Origin: Azolla caroliniana
Lineage: Eukaryota; Plantae; Polypodiophyta
Assembly (NCBI GenBank): GCA_043228905.1
Contig: JBHGNT010000001.1
Span: forward strand, 12,276,001 to 12,340,000
DNA: 64,000 bases
Reading direction: 5' to 3'
Under the pieces are notes generated by a model that was not told the DNA's origin, ran no database searches, and was given only the letters and a program-made list of their open reading frames with translations. The translations under genes and the position numbers were made by a program. Numbering within the stretch: position 1 is the first letter of the stretch; each line of letters opens with the position of its first letter. Shown here one piece after another: positions 13,123-24,337 of this stretch.

Positions 13123-14770
13123 CAAATTAGGTCAAGACAGTTCCATTGAAAGACACAGGATGCTCTTCTAAATCCTTCTTCAAAAGGTTGCATTTAATAC
13201 GCCAAAAGGAATCCATTAAATTCATCAAAACTAATGATGGTTTGTGGACTACAAACCGACTTGAACTAGCCAAAGAATGTGTAACTCACTTCTCTCACAT
13301 CTTTGAGAACAATGTAGTTGTTACAGATGTAGTTAAACAGGCCAGAGATACATTCTTGTCACTAGTTCAAGCCACTATTTTTGTTCATAAAGCTATTGCT
13401 TTGGATGCAACATTCACAATGGAGGAGCTTTTGGAGGCTCAGAAGGGCCTCAGGAAAGGCAAAGCGCTTGGTTGGGATGGTATTACGTTAGGGTTCATTG
13501 CAAAATTTTGGGATATCCTTAAGGATTTAATCCTATCTATGGCAAATAATGCTTGGCAACAATGGGATATGCCGATCTCATGGAAAGAAGGTTTGATCAA
13601 ATTAATACCCAAGAAAACATTGTGTGAATCTTTTTTGCATTGGCGACCAATCACTCTCATGCCAGTGATCTATAAAATTATTGCAAAGGTAATTGCTAAT
13701 CGTATTAAGGGCACTTTGTTGGGAGACATCCACATAAACTAGTACGGGTTCATTCCCGAAGGCAAATTATAGATAATATTTCTAATGCCTATATTGGAAT
13801 GGAGGATGCCAAATTCACCAAACAAGATGTATTGCTCATGCAAATTGAAAAGGCCTTTGACACCATCCAATGGGATTTTGTGGTAGCCACAATGGTCAAA
13901 CTAGGATTTGGTCCGAAAATGTCTCAAGTAATCTATTGGCTTTATAGGTCTAGCACATCTTCATGCATTATTGAGGGTGAATTGACAAATTCATGGAGCT
14001 TAGCCAAATCAGTACTACAAGATTGTCCTATAAGTGCATTGTTGTATGCAATGGCAACTCATCTACTATATTGTACATGGATCATCTAATATTAATTGGT
14101 CAACTTTGCGGTTTGCAAATGAAAGGCGAACATGATTTCGTGGCTCAGGCATATGCATATGATACATCATTCCTGTCACAAAACAATCCAAATGATATGA
14201 GGGTGATTATGGATGCCCTCAAATTGTATGGATTAGTTGCTAGATTGCATGTTAACTTCAACAGGTCCAAACGTCTACCCTTGACACCATATAGTTGGCA
14301 TCAGCTTTTGTGGCCAGGTCAAGTTGTTAGCCCAAATGAAATGGTTAGACATCTTGGCTATCCATTGGGATGGAATGCAACAGGGAAAAGAAAGGTTGAA
14401 TGGGTTCTGTAAAAAGTGCGACAAAAGTTAAGCTATTAGAAGATTGCAACATGGCCACTCCATGTCAGATTGCATATAGTGCAATCTATATTCATGGCTT
14501 ACATGCAATATTACTTAATTATGATTGATTGGCCGAAACACATGATACAAAAGATTAACTCAGAAATTATAAGCAACGTTTGGTGCTCTAAGTACTCGCA
14601 TAGAGGTATATGACTCCTATCCCTAGAGAAGATATGCACTCCACGATTGAGTGGAGGGCTAAATATTCTTAAATTGCATTTGCATATGTTGGCCAGAAAA
14701 GCTACTTTATTGCCAAATTTTTTTGACAAACATTGCCTTGGGCAAGAATGCTATTTGATATGTTTGATCA

Positions 14771-17620
14771 TGACGCGAAATATGCGGAATATTACTCAGC
14801 CACAACCGAGTCTCAGATCGTGTTGTTTCGAATCGAACACCGAGAATGGGAATGGAGGTGAATACACGTACACACAAACAATATGAGAGAGGGTACACAG
14901 TATGTTTACGTGGAAAAACCTAAATGGGAAAAACCACGGGAGTCCACAAACTCCAACTATCACTATGTCGAGAAGAATACAACATGTGAACACAGAGGCA
15001 ACAACCTCTTGCTCACAATCTTTGCCTGGCGACGGTTACAACAGAGACTCGCTCTGTATCTCTCTCTCTCTCTTTCACTCTGTACAACAGTTACACTCAA
15101 TAACTCTATACAACAAATAATGACAACACACCATATGTGTTTGCCCTAGGTCATATTTATACTAATATGACATTAGGACTATTTACATATATAGCCCCAA
15201 TGGGCTCTCAAAAACATATTTACCTATATGTCCCTTCATCTGGTGAGAGTTTCTCACCGGGCCTGCATCATCCGGTTGTCACCGGGTCTTCCTTGCCGGG
15301 TTCTCATCATCCGGTTCTCACCGGGTCTTCCTTGTCGGGTACTCATCATCCGGTTCTCACCGGGTCTTCCTTGCTAGGTACTCATCATCCGGTTCTCACC
15401 GGGTCTTCCTTGCTGGGTACTCATATCCCATCCGGAGGGACCGAAATCCTAACAAACTCCCCCTTCACTTCGGCATGGGATGCCTCGTCAGCCCGATCCG
15501 CTTCCGGCATGCGTCCAACTTGTTGGGTGTCAGTACCTTGGTTAGCATATCCGACCCGTTCTCTTCCATGTGGATCTTCGTCAACACGAACTCTCGATCT
15601 TCTACTCGCTCTCGGATCCAGTGGTACCTGCGCTAGATGTGCTTCGTTCTGGAATGGTATGCCATGTTCTTTGCAAGGTGGATGGCACTTTGACTAGCGC
15701 AATAGAGCCGGTATTCCTCTTGCCGGATCCCTAGCTCTCCGATGAAGTCCTTCATCCATAATATTTCCTTGCTGGCTTCCACGACTGCCATGTACTCCGC
15801 CTACGTGGTTGACAACGCAATCGTCTTTTGCAGCCTCAACTAGCACGAAACAGCTCCCCTTGCATAGGTCATGACATATCCGGAAGTTGACCGACTGGTG
15901 TCCGCATCAGCCAACATATCCGAATCTATGAAACCATCAAGTTGAGGTTTACCGGAGTCGAATCAGAGGCACATACTTGAGGTGCCTTTCAAGTACCGGA
16001 GTATCCACGTCACTGCGTTCCAGTGCTCTCTGCCGGGATTGCTCATGAACGGGCTCACCATTCCTACTACGTATCGTATCCGGTCGGGTACACACCATTG
16101 TGTACATTAAGCTCCCGACGGCAGAGGCATATGGTATCTTCATCATATCTGCCTTCTCTGCCTTCGTCTTCAGGCTTTGCTTACCGGATAATCTGCAGTT
16201 TGCCGGGAGTGTCGATCCGGCCGGTTTTGCTTCTAACATGTTAAACCGTTGAAGCACCTTTGTCACATACTTTTCCTGTGACAACCACAATTGCTTCTTC
16301 GACCAGTTCCGGATGATGTGCATCCCTAGTATCTGTCTTGCCGGACCCAAGTCTTTCATTGAGAAGGTCCGGTTAAGGGCCTTCTTCAACATCCGTATCT
16401 TGACTTGGTCTCGTCCGACGATCAACATGTCGTCCACGTATAGGAGGAGTATCAAGAAGTCTCCACCTTCATACTTCTTCACAAACACGCGATCGGCCTG
16501 CGTCTTGTGGTATCCTTGATCCGTCATGAAGGAGTCGAACTTCTGGTACCATTGCCGGGGAACCTGCTTTAGTCCGTATAGGCTTTTCTTCAATTGACAA
16601 ACCAGGTGCTCCTTCCCTTTCTTCACAAATCCTTCCGGTTGCTGCATGTAGATCTCCTCTTGAAGGTCACCGTGAAGGAATGTTGTCTTCACGTCTAACT
16701 GCTCTACCTTGAGATCCATGCTTGCCGCTATGCTCAGTACCGTCCGGATAAAAGTCATCTTTACTACCGGGGCAAATATCTCGTCGAAGTCCACTCCTTT
16801 CTTCTGTTGGAAGCCCTTCACCACGATTCGGGCCTTATACCTTGGTGGATTTCCAACGTCCCCTGAACTGAACTGGCAACCAAAGATCTTTAACCACGAG
16901 CATGTCCCTCATCTTCGACTTCCACACTGAGTAGTTGGAGCCGGTGAGCTTGAACATGCCTCCCAACGAATCTTCTATTTTCTGTGTCGTTTCGCTTTGA
17001 TACCAAATTGACACAAAATATGTGGAATATTACTCAGCCACAACCGAGTCTTAGACCGTGTCGTTTCGAATCGAACACCGAGAATGGGAATCGAGGTGAC
17101 TACACGTACACACAGACAATATGAGAGACGGTACACAGTATGTTTACGTGGAAAACCCTAAATGGGAAAAACCACGGGAGTCCACAAACTCCAACTATCA
17201 CTATGTCGAGAGGAATACAACAGGTGAACACAGAGGCAACAACCTCTTGCTCACAATCTTTGCCTAGCGGCGGTTACAACAGAGACTCGCTCTGTATCTC
17301 TCTCTCACTCTGTACAATAGTTACACTCAATAACTCTATACAACAAATAATGACAACACACCATATGTGTTTGCCCTAGGTCATATTTATATTAATATGA
17401 CATTAGGACTATTTACAAATATAGCCCCAATGGGCTCTTAGAAACATATTTACCTATATGTCCCTTCATCTAGTGAGAGGTTCTCACCGGGTCTTCCTTG
17501 CCGGGTACTCATCATCTGGTTCTCACTGGGTCTTCCTTGCTAGGTACTCATCATCCGATTCTCACCGGGTCTTCCTTGCCGAGTACTCATATCCCATCCG
17601 GAGGGACCAAAATCCTAACA
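14771..17620 (-). mobile_element. Internally deleted Tork-like copia; LTRs 17009-17620 and 14771-15454
   Basis: Perfect TSD GATCA; PBS TGGTATCAAAGC (16994-17005); PPT at 15455-15470; gag start joined directly to RT near 16861; RT ORF 15949-16824 with YVDD and decayed RNase H. Confidence 0.92.
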
Positions 17621-17803
17621 GATCATTGGAAAACCGAGTCATTTGGCTCATGGGATACTAACCATTGGGATGTAGTGTTTGGAAAGCTTGACGGGCACAT
17701 CAAAGGATGTCCGTTTAGCTCAAAGCTTCTATAGCATTGGAAGGTGTTGGGATTTCGGTCCCTCCGGATGGGATGTCCGGGGATGAATGACAGCAAGCCC
17801 GGT

Positions 17804-18560
17804 CGGGTCAACCCTCCCGGGAAACTGCAAGTTGTCCAGCAAGCAAAGCCCCAAGACAAAGGCTGAGAAGGAGGACATGATGAAAGTACCATATGCCTCT
17901 GCCGTCGGAAGCTTAATGTACGCAATGGTGTGTACAAGACCGGACATAGGATATGCAGTTGGAGTGGTGAGCCGGTACATGAGCAATCCCGGCAAAGAGC
18001 ACTGGAACGCGGTCAAGTGGATACTCCGATACCTGAAGGGCACGGCAAACGTGTGCCTCCGATTCGGCTCCGGTAAGCCCGAATTCGACGGCTTTACCGA
18101 TTCGGATATGTCGGCTGATGCAGATACCAGCCGGTCCACATCAGGGTATGTGATGACATATGCAGGTGGAGCTGTTTCGTGGCAGTCGAGGCTGCAGAAG
18201 ACGGTTGCGTTGTCAACCACGGAGGCGGAGTACATGGCGGCTGTTGAAGCCGGCAAGGAAATAATATGGATGAAGGACTTCATTAGAGAGCTCGGTATCC
18301 AGCAGGAGGAGTACCGACTCTACTGCGACAATCAGAGTGCCATCCACCTTGCGAAGAACGCGGCTTATCACTCCCGGACGAAGCACATCGAGCGAAGATA
18401 TCACTGGATCCGGGAAAGGATAGAAGACAAGGAGTTCGTGCTGACGAAGGTCCACACGGACGAGAACGGGTCGGATATGCTAACCAAGGTGCTCACACCC
18501 GACAAGCTGGAAGCATGCCGGAAGAGGATCGGACTGGAGAGACATCCCATGCCGAAGTGA
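17804..18560 (+). pseudogene. Duplicated RT C-terminus/RNase H fragment
   Basis: Near-identical to 22593-23349 (one substitution seen). Confidence 0.9.
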
Positions 18561-18632
18561 AGGGGGAGTTTGTTGGGATTTCGGTCCCTCCGGATGGGAT
18601 GTCCGGGGATGAATGACAGCAAGCCCGGTTGC

Positions 18633-18762
18633 GGTTACGGAGCCGGATGATGAAGACCCCGGTTACGGAGCCGGATGATGAAGACCCCGGTAACGGAGCC
18701 GGATGATGAAGACCCCGGTTACGGAGCCGGATGATGAAGACCCCGGTTACGGAGCCGGATGA
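18633..18762 (+). repeat. 28-bp tandem repeat (about 4.6 copies) in LTR U3, also at 23422-23551
   Basis: Unit GGTTACGGAGCCGGATGATGAAGACCCC. Confidence 0.9.
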
Positions 18763-19275
18763 CGAATGTACCCGGAGAGAGATCCGGATGCGGAGACATA
18801 TTTGGGAATATGTTTGCCAAGAGCCCTTGAGGCTATATTTGTAAATAGCCCGAAAGTCATATGTGTATAAATATGACTTAGGGCAAACAGTTAAGTTGTT
18901 GTTGCTCATTTTCTGTTTTCCACTAAGAGGGAGCGAAGTGAGAGCAGCCGAGAGAGAGTGAGAGAGAAGGAGGAAGGAAGAGGTCGACGCCTCTGTGTAA
19001 TACCGCCACCTGTGGCGAGGACAGCGAGCTCAAGGTCGTCGCCTTGCAGCTCGCCATTGTACATTCCCGCGTATAGTGATAGTTGGAGTCTTGCACTCCC
19101 GTGGTTTTTTTTCCCACTTAGGGTTTTCCACGTAAAACATCCAGTGTGCCCTTATCTCTATTGTTTTTTCGTGCATTGTTGAATTTCCCGTTTTCTGTGA
19201 ATCGATCCTGTTCCTCGGTTGTGGCCGAACACGGAATTACGACAAACTGGTATCAGAGCGACGGTAACACAGAAA

Positions 19276-22200
19276 ATGGAAGGCGGCAGCAGCGGGCAGC
19301 CGGGGATGATGGTGCTGAATGCGCAGAACTACGCCGACTGGAAGATAAAGATGGAGGATCTGCTCATTGTTCGAGACCTGTATGAACCGATCGACAGGTC
19401 GGAAATACCCAAGGGGGTACTTGAGACGGAGTGGAGGCTTCTGAACCGGAAAGCCGTTGCAACCATTCGGCAATACGTCGACGTGAGCGTTCTACAACAC
19501 GTGGCGAACGACACCAACGCATATGAGATGTGGAGGAAGCTGTCGGGCCTCTACGAGAGGAAGAATGCGTTGAACCGGACCTCCCTGATGAGAAAGATAG
19601 TGAACCTCAAGTACCGGGATGGCGAGAGTATGGTGGAACACGTAAGCACGTTCATGGGATTCGTGAACCAGCTTGCGGCGATCAAGTTCCCGTTGGAGGA
19701 TGCAATGCAAGCCATCATCCTGATGTGTACATTGCCGGACAGCTGGGAGAACTTGGTGGTGACTCTCAGCACCTCCTGCGCCGAAGATAACTTGTCCCTA
19801 CAAACGGTAAAGACAAGTATTTTGAACGAAGAAGCGCGTCGGAGAGATAAAGAACCGGTCTCCGACTCGAAGGCGCTGCTTACCGAATCGGAACGGGGAA
19901 GACAATGGAACCGGAGTCCGCAAAGACGGGAGAAGTCGGGGACCCGGTCGCAGTCAAGAGGAAGACCCACATGCTTCCACTGTGGGAAGCCGGGGCACTT
20001 CCGGAAGAATTGTCGGCATTACCGAAAAGACAACGGAGCCGACGACACCGATTCGAAGAAGTCACCGGAGAGAAACGGTGCATACCGGGGAGCCACGGAC
20101 CGGAGAGGTCCGGATCGGCGAGGGCAGGACCGGAAAGGAACGACGGCACTCGCGGCAAGTGAAGAGGAGATCATGCTCATCACCGAAGAAGGTGATCTAA
20201 ACATTGCCGGCGATGAGACTACCTGGGTGGTCGATTCCGGAGCGTCGTTCCACCTGACCCCGGAAAGCAGATACTTCTCATCCTACACAGCCGGTGAACA
20301 TGGCTGTGTTCGGATGGGAAATGAAGGTACGTGCCGGATTGCCGGCATAGGAGACGTATGGTTGACAACCCCGACCGGATGCAAAATGCTGCTGAAGGAT
20401 GTCCGACACGTTCCGGAGGTTCGATTGAACCTGATTTCGGCCGGGAGGCTAGACGATGAAGGCTACACAGGTAGCATCCGGAACGGCGTAATGAAGTTCA
20501 GCAAGGGAAGCCTGATAGTGGCTCGGGCCCGGAAAGTCAACACACTGTACCTTATGAATGCCTGGTTGTGTCCGGAAGAGCTGAATGTGGCAGCCGACAC
20601 TGCCGGTGAGCTGTGGCACAAAAGACTGTGCCACATGAGTGAGAAGGGGATGAAGAGGCTTGCAGAAGACAACCTTATTCCAGTAAAGCATGTGCACCTG
20701 GAGAAGTGCACCGATTGCCTGGCCGGTAAGCAGAACCGAACCTCCTTCCACTCAAGGCCACCGACGAGACGTAGCGCACCATTGGAGTTGGTGCACACGG
20801 ATGTGTGTCAGGTAGAAACGAAGTCACATGGCGGAGCCCAGTACTTCGTGACTTTCATTGATGATCACAGCCGGAAGCTGTGGACGGCGCCGTTGAAGAC
20901 AAAGGACCAAGTGTTGTCCGTCTTCAAAGAACTCCACGCGAGAGTGGAAAGGGAATCCGGCAAGAAGCTGAAAGCGATACGAGCGGATAACGGAGGGGAA
21001 TACCGGGGGCAGTTCCAGGAGTACTGTCGCTCGAAGGGAATCCGGCTCGAGTTTACCATGCCGAAGACGCCGGAACTAAACGGGCTGGCCGAGAGGATGA
21101 ACCGGACCATAATGGAGAGGGTTCGGAGTATGCTGGCACATGCGAAATTACCCAAGGGGTTTTGGGCTGAGGCAATGTCGACGGCGACATACGTGATAAA
21201 CAGATCACCCTCAGTACCTTTGGACGGAGACACACCGCAGAAAGTGTGGACCGGTAAGGAAGTGTCCTACCGGCATCTGAAGGTGTTCGGGTGTCTCGCA
21301 TACGTGCATGTGGCAAAGGACCGGAGAGGAAAGCTGGATCCAAAGACCCGGCCATGCATATTCCTCGGTTACGGCGACGACGAGTTCGGCTACCGAGTAT
21401 GGGACCCGGTCGACAAGAAGATATTCAGGAGTCGAGACATCATCTTCATGGAGGACAAGACACTCGCCGACTGGGAGTCGGAGAAGAAGATGAAGAGCTC
21501 CAAGTCGATCAGTGAGGATCAACTCTACGAGGAGCAGTCCCGACCGGCAAGGGACCGGTTAACACTCGAGGATCCGGCCGAAGACTATGAAGAAACAGAA
21601 CCGGCCGAAGAAGATGAAAATGATACCGGAACCGGCCCCGATCCCGAAATGGATTCGGATGAAGAAGAATCGGAAGAACCGGTTACCGAAGCTTCAGAAC
21701 GGAGATATCCTCTAAGAGAGAGAAGGACCCCCCGGAGATTTCCGGAACCAGAGCACGTGCTGCTAACCGACGAAGGGGAGCCGGAGAGCTTTGAAGAAGC
21801 AAAGCATGACACCCAGAGCCGCAGGTGGTTGAGTGCCATGCAGGACGAGATGGATTCCCTGCATGAGAACCACACATACGAACTTGTGGAGTTGCCGAAA
21901 GGAAAGCGGGCACTTCGAAACAAGTGGGTGTTCAAGCTGAAACCGGGAGATGCCGGAAACCCCCCGAGATACAAAGCCAGGATCGTGGTGAAGGGGTTTC
22001 AGCAGAAGAAGGGCGTCGACTTCGACGAGATATTCGCCCCGGTAGTGAAGATGACCTCCATCCGGACGGTGCTGAGCATAGCGGCAAGCATGGACCTCGA
22101 GGTAGAACAGATGGACGTGAAGACGGCATTCCTTCACGGTGACCTCGAAGAAGAGATCTACATGCAGCAACCGGAAGGATTCGAGAAGAAAGGGAAGGAG

Positions 22201-23349
22201 CACCTGGTATGCCGGTTGAAGAAGAGCCTTTACGGACTGAAGCAGGCTCCCCGGCAATGGTACCGGAAGTTCGACTCCTTCATGACCGACGAAGGGTACC
22301 ACAAAACGCAGTCTGATCACTGCGTGTTTGTGAAGAAGTTCGAAGGAGGAGACTCTCTAATACTCCTCCTGTACGTGGACGACATGTTGATCGTCGGACG
22401 AGACCAGGTCAAGATACGGACGCTGAAGAAAGCGCTTCACCGAACCTTCTCAATGAAGGACCTGGGTCCGGCGAGGCAAATACTAGGGATGCACATCATC
22501 CGGGACCGGAAGAAGAAGCAGTTGTGGCTGTCACAGGAGAAGTACGTGACGAAGGTGCTTCACCGGTTCAACATGTCGGAAGCAAGACCGGTCGGGTCAA
22601 CCCTCCCGGGAAACTGCAAGTTGTCCAGCAAGCAAAGCCCCAAGACAAAGGCTGAGAAGGAGGACATGATGAAAGTACCATATGCCTCTGCCGTCGGAAG
22701 CTTAATGTACGCAATGGTGTGTACAAGACCGGACATAGGATATGCAGTTGGAGTGGTGAGCCGGTACATGAGCAATCCCGGCAAAGAGCACTGGAACGCG
22801 GTCAAGTGGATACTCCGATACCTGAAGGGCACGGCAAACGTGTGCCTCCGATTCGGCTCCGGTAAGCCCGAATTCGACGGCTTTACCGATTCGGATATGT
22901 CGGCTGATGCAGATACCAGCCGGTCCACATCAGGGTATGTGATGACGTATGCAGGTGGAGCTGTTTCGTGGCAGTCGAGGCTGCAGAAGACGGTTGCGTT
23001 GTCAACCACGGAGGCGGAGTACATGGCGGCTGTTGAAGCCGGCAAGGAAATAATATGGATGAAGGACTTCATTAGAGAGCTCGGTATCCAGCAGGAGGAG
23101 TACCGACTCTACTGCGACAATCAGAGTGCCATCCACCTTGCGAAGAACGCGGCTTATCACTCCCGGACGAAGCACATCGAGCGAAGATATCACTGGATCC
23201 GGGAAAGGATAGAAGACAAGGAGTTCGTGCTGACGAAGGTCCACACGGACGAGAACGGGTCGGATATGCTAACCAAGGTGCTCACACCCGACAAGCTGGA
23301 AGCATGCCGGAAGAGGATCGGACTGGAGAGACATCCCATGCCGAAGTGA
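19276..23349 (+). CDS. Intact copia Gag-Pol polyprotein (1357 aa): gag CCHC, protease, integrase, RT, RNase H
   Basis: CFHCGKPGHFRKNC; WVVDSGAS; WHKRLCH...CTDC; HTD/DNGGEY/NGLAER; YVDD; DSD...RTKHI; copia domain order. Confidence 0.97.
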   Translation: MEGGSSGQPGMMVLNAQNYADWKIKMEDLLIVRDLYEPIDRSEIPKGVLETEWRLLNRKAVATIRQYVDVSVLQHVANDTNAYEMWRKLSGLYERKNALNRTSLMRKIVNLKYRDGESMVEHVSTFMGFVNQLAAIKFPLEDAMQAIILMCTLPDSWENLVVTLSTSCAEDNLSLQTVKTSILNEEARRRDKEPVSDSKALLTESERGRQWNRSPQRREKSGTRSQSRGRPTCFHCGKPGHFRKNCRHYRKDNGADDTDSKKSPERNGAYRGATDRRGPDRRGQDRKGTTALAASEEEIMLITEEGDLNIAGDETTWVVDSGASFHLTPESRYFSSYTAGEHGCVRMGNEGTCRIAGIGDVWLTTPTGCKMLLKDVRHVPEVRLNLISAGRLDDEGYTGSIRNGVMKFSKGSLIVARARKVNTLYLMNAWLCPEELNVAADTAGELWHKRLCHMSEKGMKRLAEDNLIPVKHVHLEKCTDCLAGKQNRTSFHSRPPTRRSAPLELVHTDVCQVETKSHGGAQYFVTFIDDHSRKLWTAPLKTKDQVLSVFKELHARVERESGKKLKAIRADNGGEYRGQFQEYCRSKGIRLEFTMPKTPELNGLAERMNRTIMERVRSMLAHAKLPKGFWAEAMSTATYVINRSPSVPLDGDTPQKVWTGKEVSYRHLKVFGCLAYVHVAKDRRGKLDPKTRPCIFLGYGDDEFGYRVWDPVDKKIFRSRDIIFMEDKTLADWESEKKMKSSKSISEDQLYEEQSRPARDRLTLEDPAEDYEETEPAEEDENDTGTGPDPEMDSDEEESEEPVTEASERRYPLRERRTPRRFPEPEHVLLTDEGEPESFEEAKHDTQSRRWLSAMQDEMDSLHENHTYELVELPKGKRALRNKWVFKLKPGDAGNPPRYKARIVVKGFQQKKGVDFDEIFAPVVKMTSIRTVLSIAASMDLEVEQMDVKTAFLHGDLEEEIYMQQPEGFEKKGKEHLVCRLKKSLYGLKQAPRQWYRKFDSFMTDEGYHKTQSDHCVFVKKFEGGDSLILLLYVDDMLIVGRDQVKIRTLKKALHRTFSMKDLGPARQILGMHIIRDRKKKQLWLSQEKYVTKVLHRFNMSEARPVGSTLPGNCKLSSKQSPKTKAEKEDMMKVPYASAVGSLMYAMVCTRPDIGYAVGVVSRYMSNPGKEHWNAVKWILRYLKGTANVCLRFGSGKPEFDGFTDSDMSADADTSRSTSGYVMTYAGGAVSWQSRLQKTVALSTTEAEYMAAVEAGKEIIWMKDFIRELGIQQEEYRLYCDNQSAIHLAKNAAYHSRTKHIERRYHWIRERIEDKEFVLTKVHTDENGSDMLTKVLTPDKLEACRKRIGLERHPMPK

Positions 23350-24302
23350 AGGGGGAGTTTGTTGGGATTTCGGTCCCTCCGGATGGGATGTCCGGGGATG
23401 AATGACAGCAAGCCCGGTTGCGGTTACGGAGCCGGATGATGAAGACCCCGGTTACGGAGCCGGATGATGAAGACCCCGGTAACGGAGCCGGATGATGAAG
23501 ACCCCGGTTACGGAGCCGGATGATGAAGACCCCGGTTACGGAGCCGGATGACGAATGTACCCGGAGAGAGATCCGGATGCGGAGACATATTTGGGAATAT
23601 GTTTGCCAAGAGCCCTTGAGGCTATATTTGTAAATAGCCCGAAAGTCATATGTGTATAAATATGACTTAGGGCAAACAGTTAAGTTGTTGTTGCTCATTT
23701 TCTGTTTTCCACTAAGAGGGAGCGAAGTGAGAGCAGCCGAGAGAGAGTGAGAGAGAAGGAGGAAGGAAGAGGTCGACGCCTCTGTGTAATACCGCCACCT
23801 GTGGCGAGGACAGCGAGCTCAAGGTCGTCGCCTTGCAGCTCGCCATTGTACATTCCCGCGTATAGTGATAGTTGGAGTCTTGCACTCCCGTGGTTTTTTT
23901 TCCCACTTAGGGTTTTCCACGTAAAACATCCAGTGTGCCCTTATCTCTATTGTTTTTTCGTGCATTGTTGAATTTCCCGTTTTCTGTGAATCGATCCTGT
24001 TCCTCGGTTGTGGCCGAACACGGAATTACGACAGAAGGAAGTATTGCATTACATAAAATGGAGAGGGAGGAATTCAGAATTAGGGAACTCTTTACGCTTC
24101 GAAAGCTTACACTGGAGTGCTATATTCCTAGAGTCACTAGTTGAACAAGAGCCTATGAAAGCTTATTTTTTAGCAAACAAGAGGCTAAAATGAATTTTTT
24201 TTTCGGTAGCCTAGTCATACTGTGTGTGTTGGGGGTTGTTATTCAGTCCATATTGTCGATTAATTGCCATTAATTGTATGTGTATCTGCAATGAATAGAA
24301 CA

Positions 24303-24306
<4 letters not shown>

Positions 24307-24335
<29 letters not shown>
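24307..24335. repeat. (GA)n microsatellite
   Basis: Direct reading. Confidence 0.95.

Positions 24336-24337
<2 letters not shown>

Larger units (their letters stand above)
11450..14770 (+). pseudogene. LINE ORF2 (APE endonuclease + reverse transcriptase), fragmented; continues at 17626-17744 and 24039-24199
   Basis: SFNIRGL, ICVQEH, ICGDFN, RLDRWY, SDH (APE); KALGWDG, WRPITL, KAFDTI, QDCPIS, YAYD (decayed YADD), RHLGYPL (RT); many stops and frameshifts. Confidence 0.9.
17745..24033 (+). mobile_element. Young Tork/Tnt1-like copia with an extra 5' module (59-bp partial LTR plus duplicated RT-end/RNase H/PPT); full LTRs 18571-19244 and 23360-24033
   Basis: Perfect TSD GAAGG (17740-17744 / 24034-24038); 674-bp LTRs with no difference seen by eye; PBS TGGTATCAGAGC 19248-19259; PPT GAAGGGGGAG. 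Confidence 0.95.
9791..24199. mobile_element. Degenerate L1-clade LINE with twin-priming inversion: 3' segment plus poly(A) on minus (9791-10704), 5' body on plus (10705-24199), hosting three LTR insertions
   Basis: Poly(T) 9791-9802; TSD-like TTTTGGGTAGCCTG (9777-9790) vs TTTTCGGTAGCCTA (24200-24213); zf-RVT CARC..HL on minus 10219-10452; EN and RT motifs on plus. Confidence 0.8.

Noticed and set aside
14883-15697. ORFs with HHPVLTGSSL repeats
   Set aside because: Translation of the 39-bp LTR tandem repeat on the antisense strand.
18633-18762. Regular 28-bp repeats suggestive of a CRISPR array
   Set aside because: Head-to-tail with no spacers, located inside LTRs, eukaryotic context.
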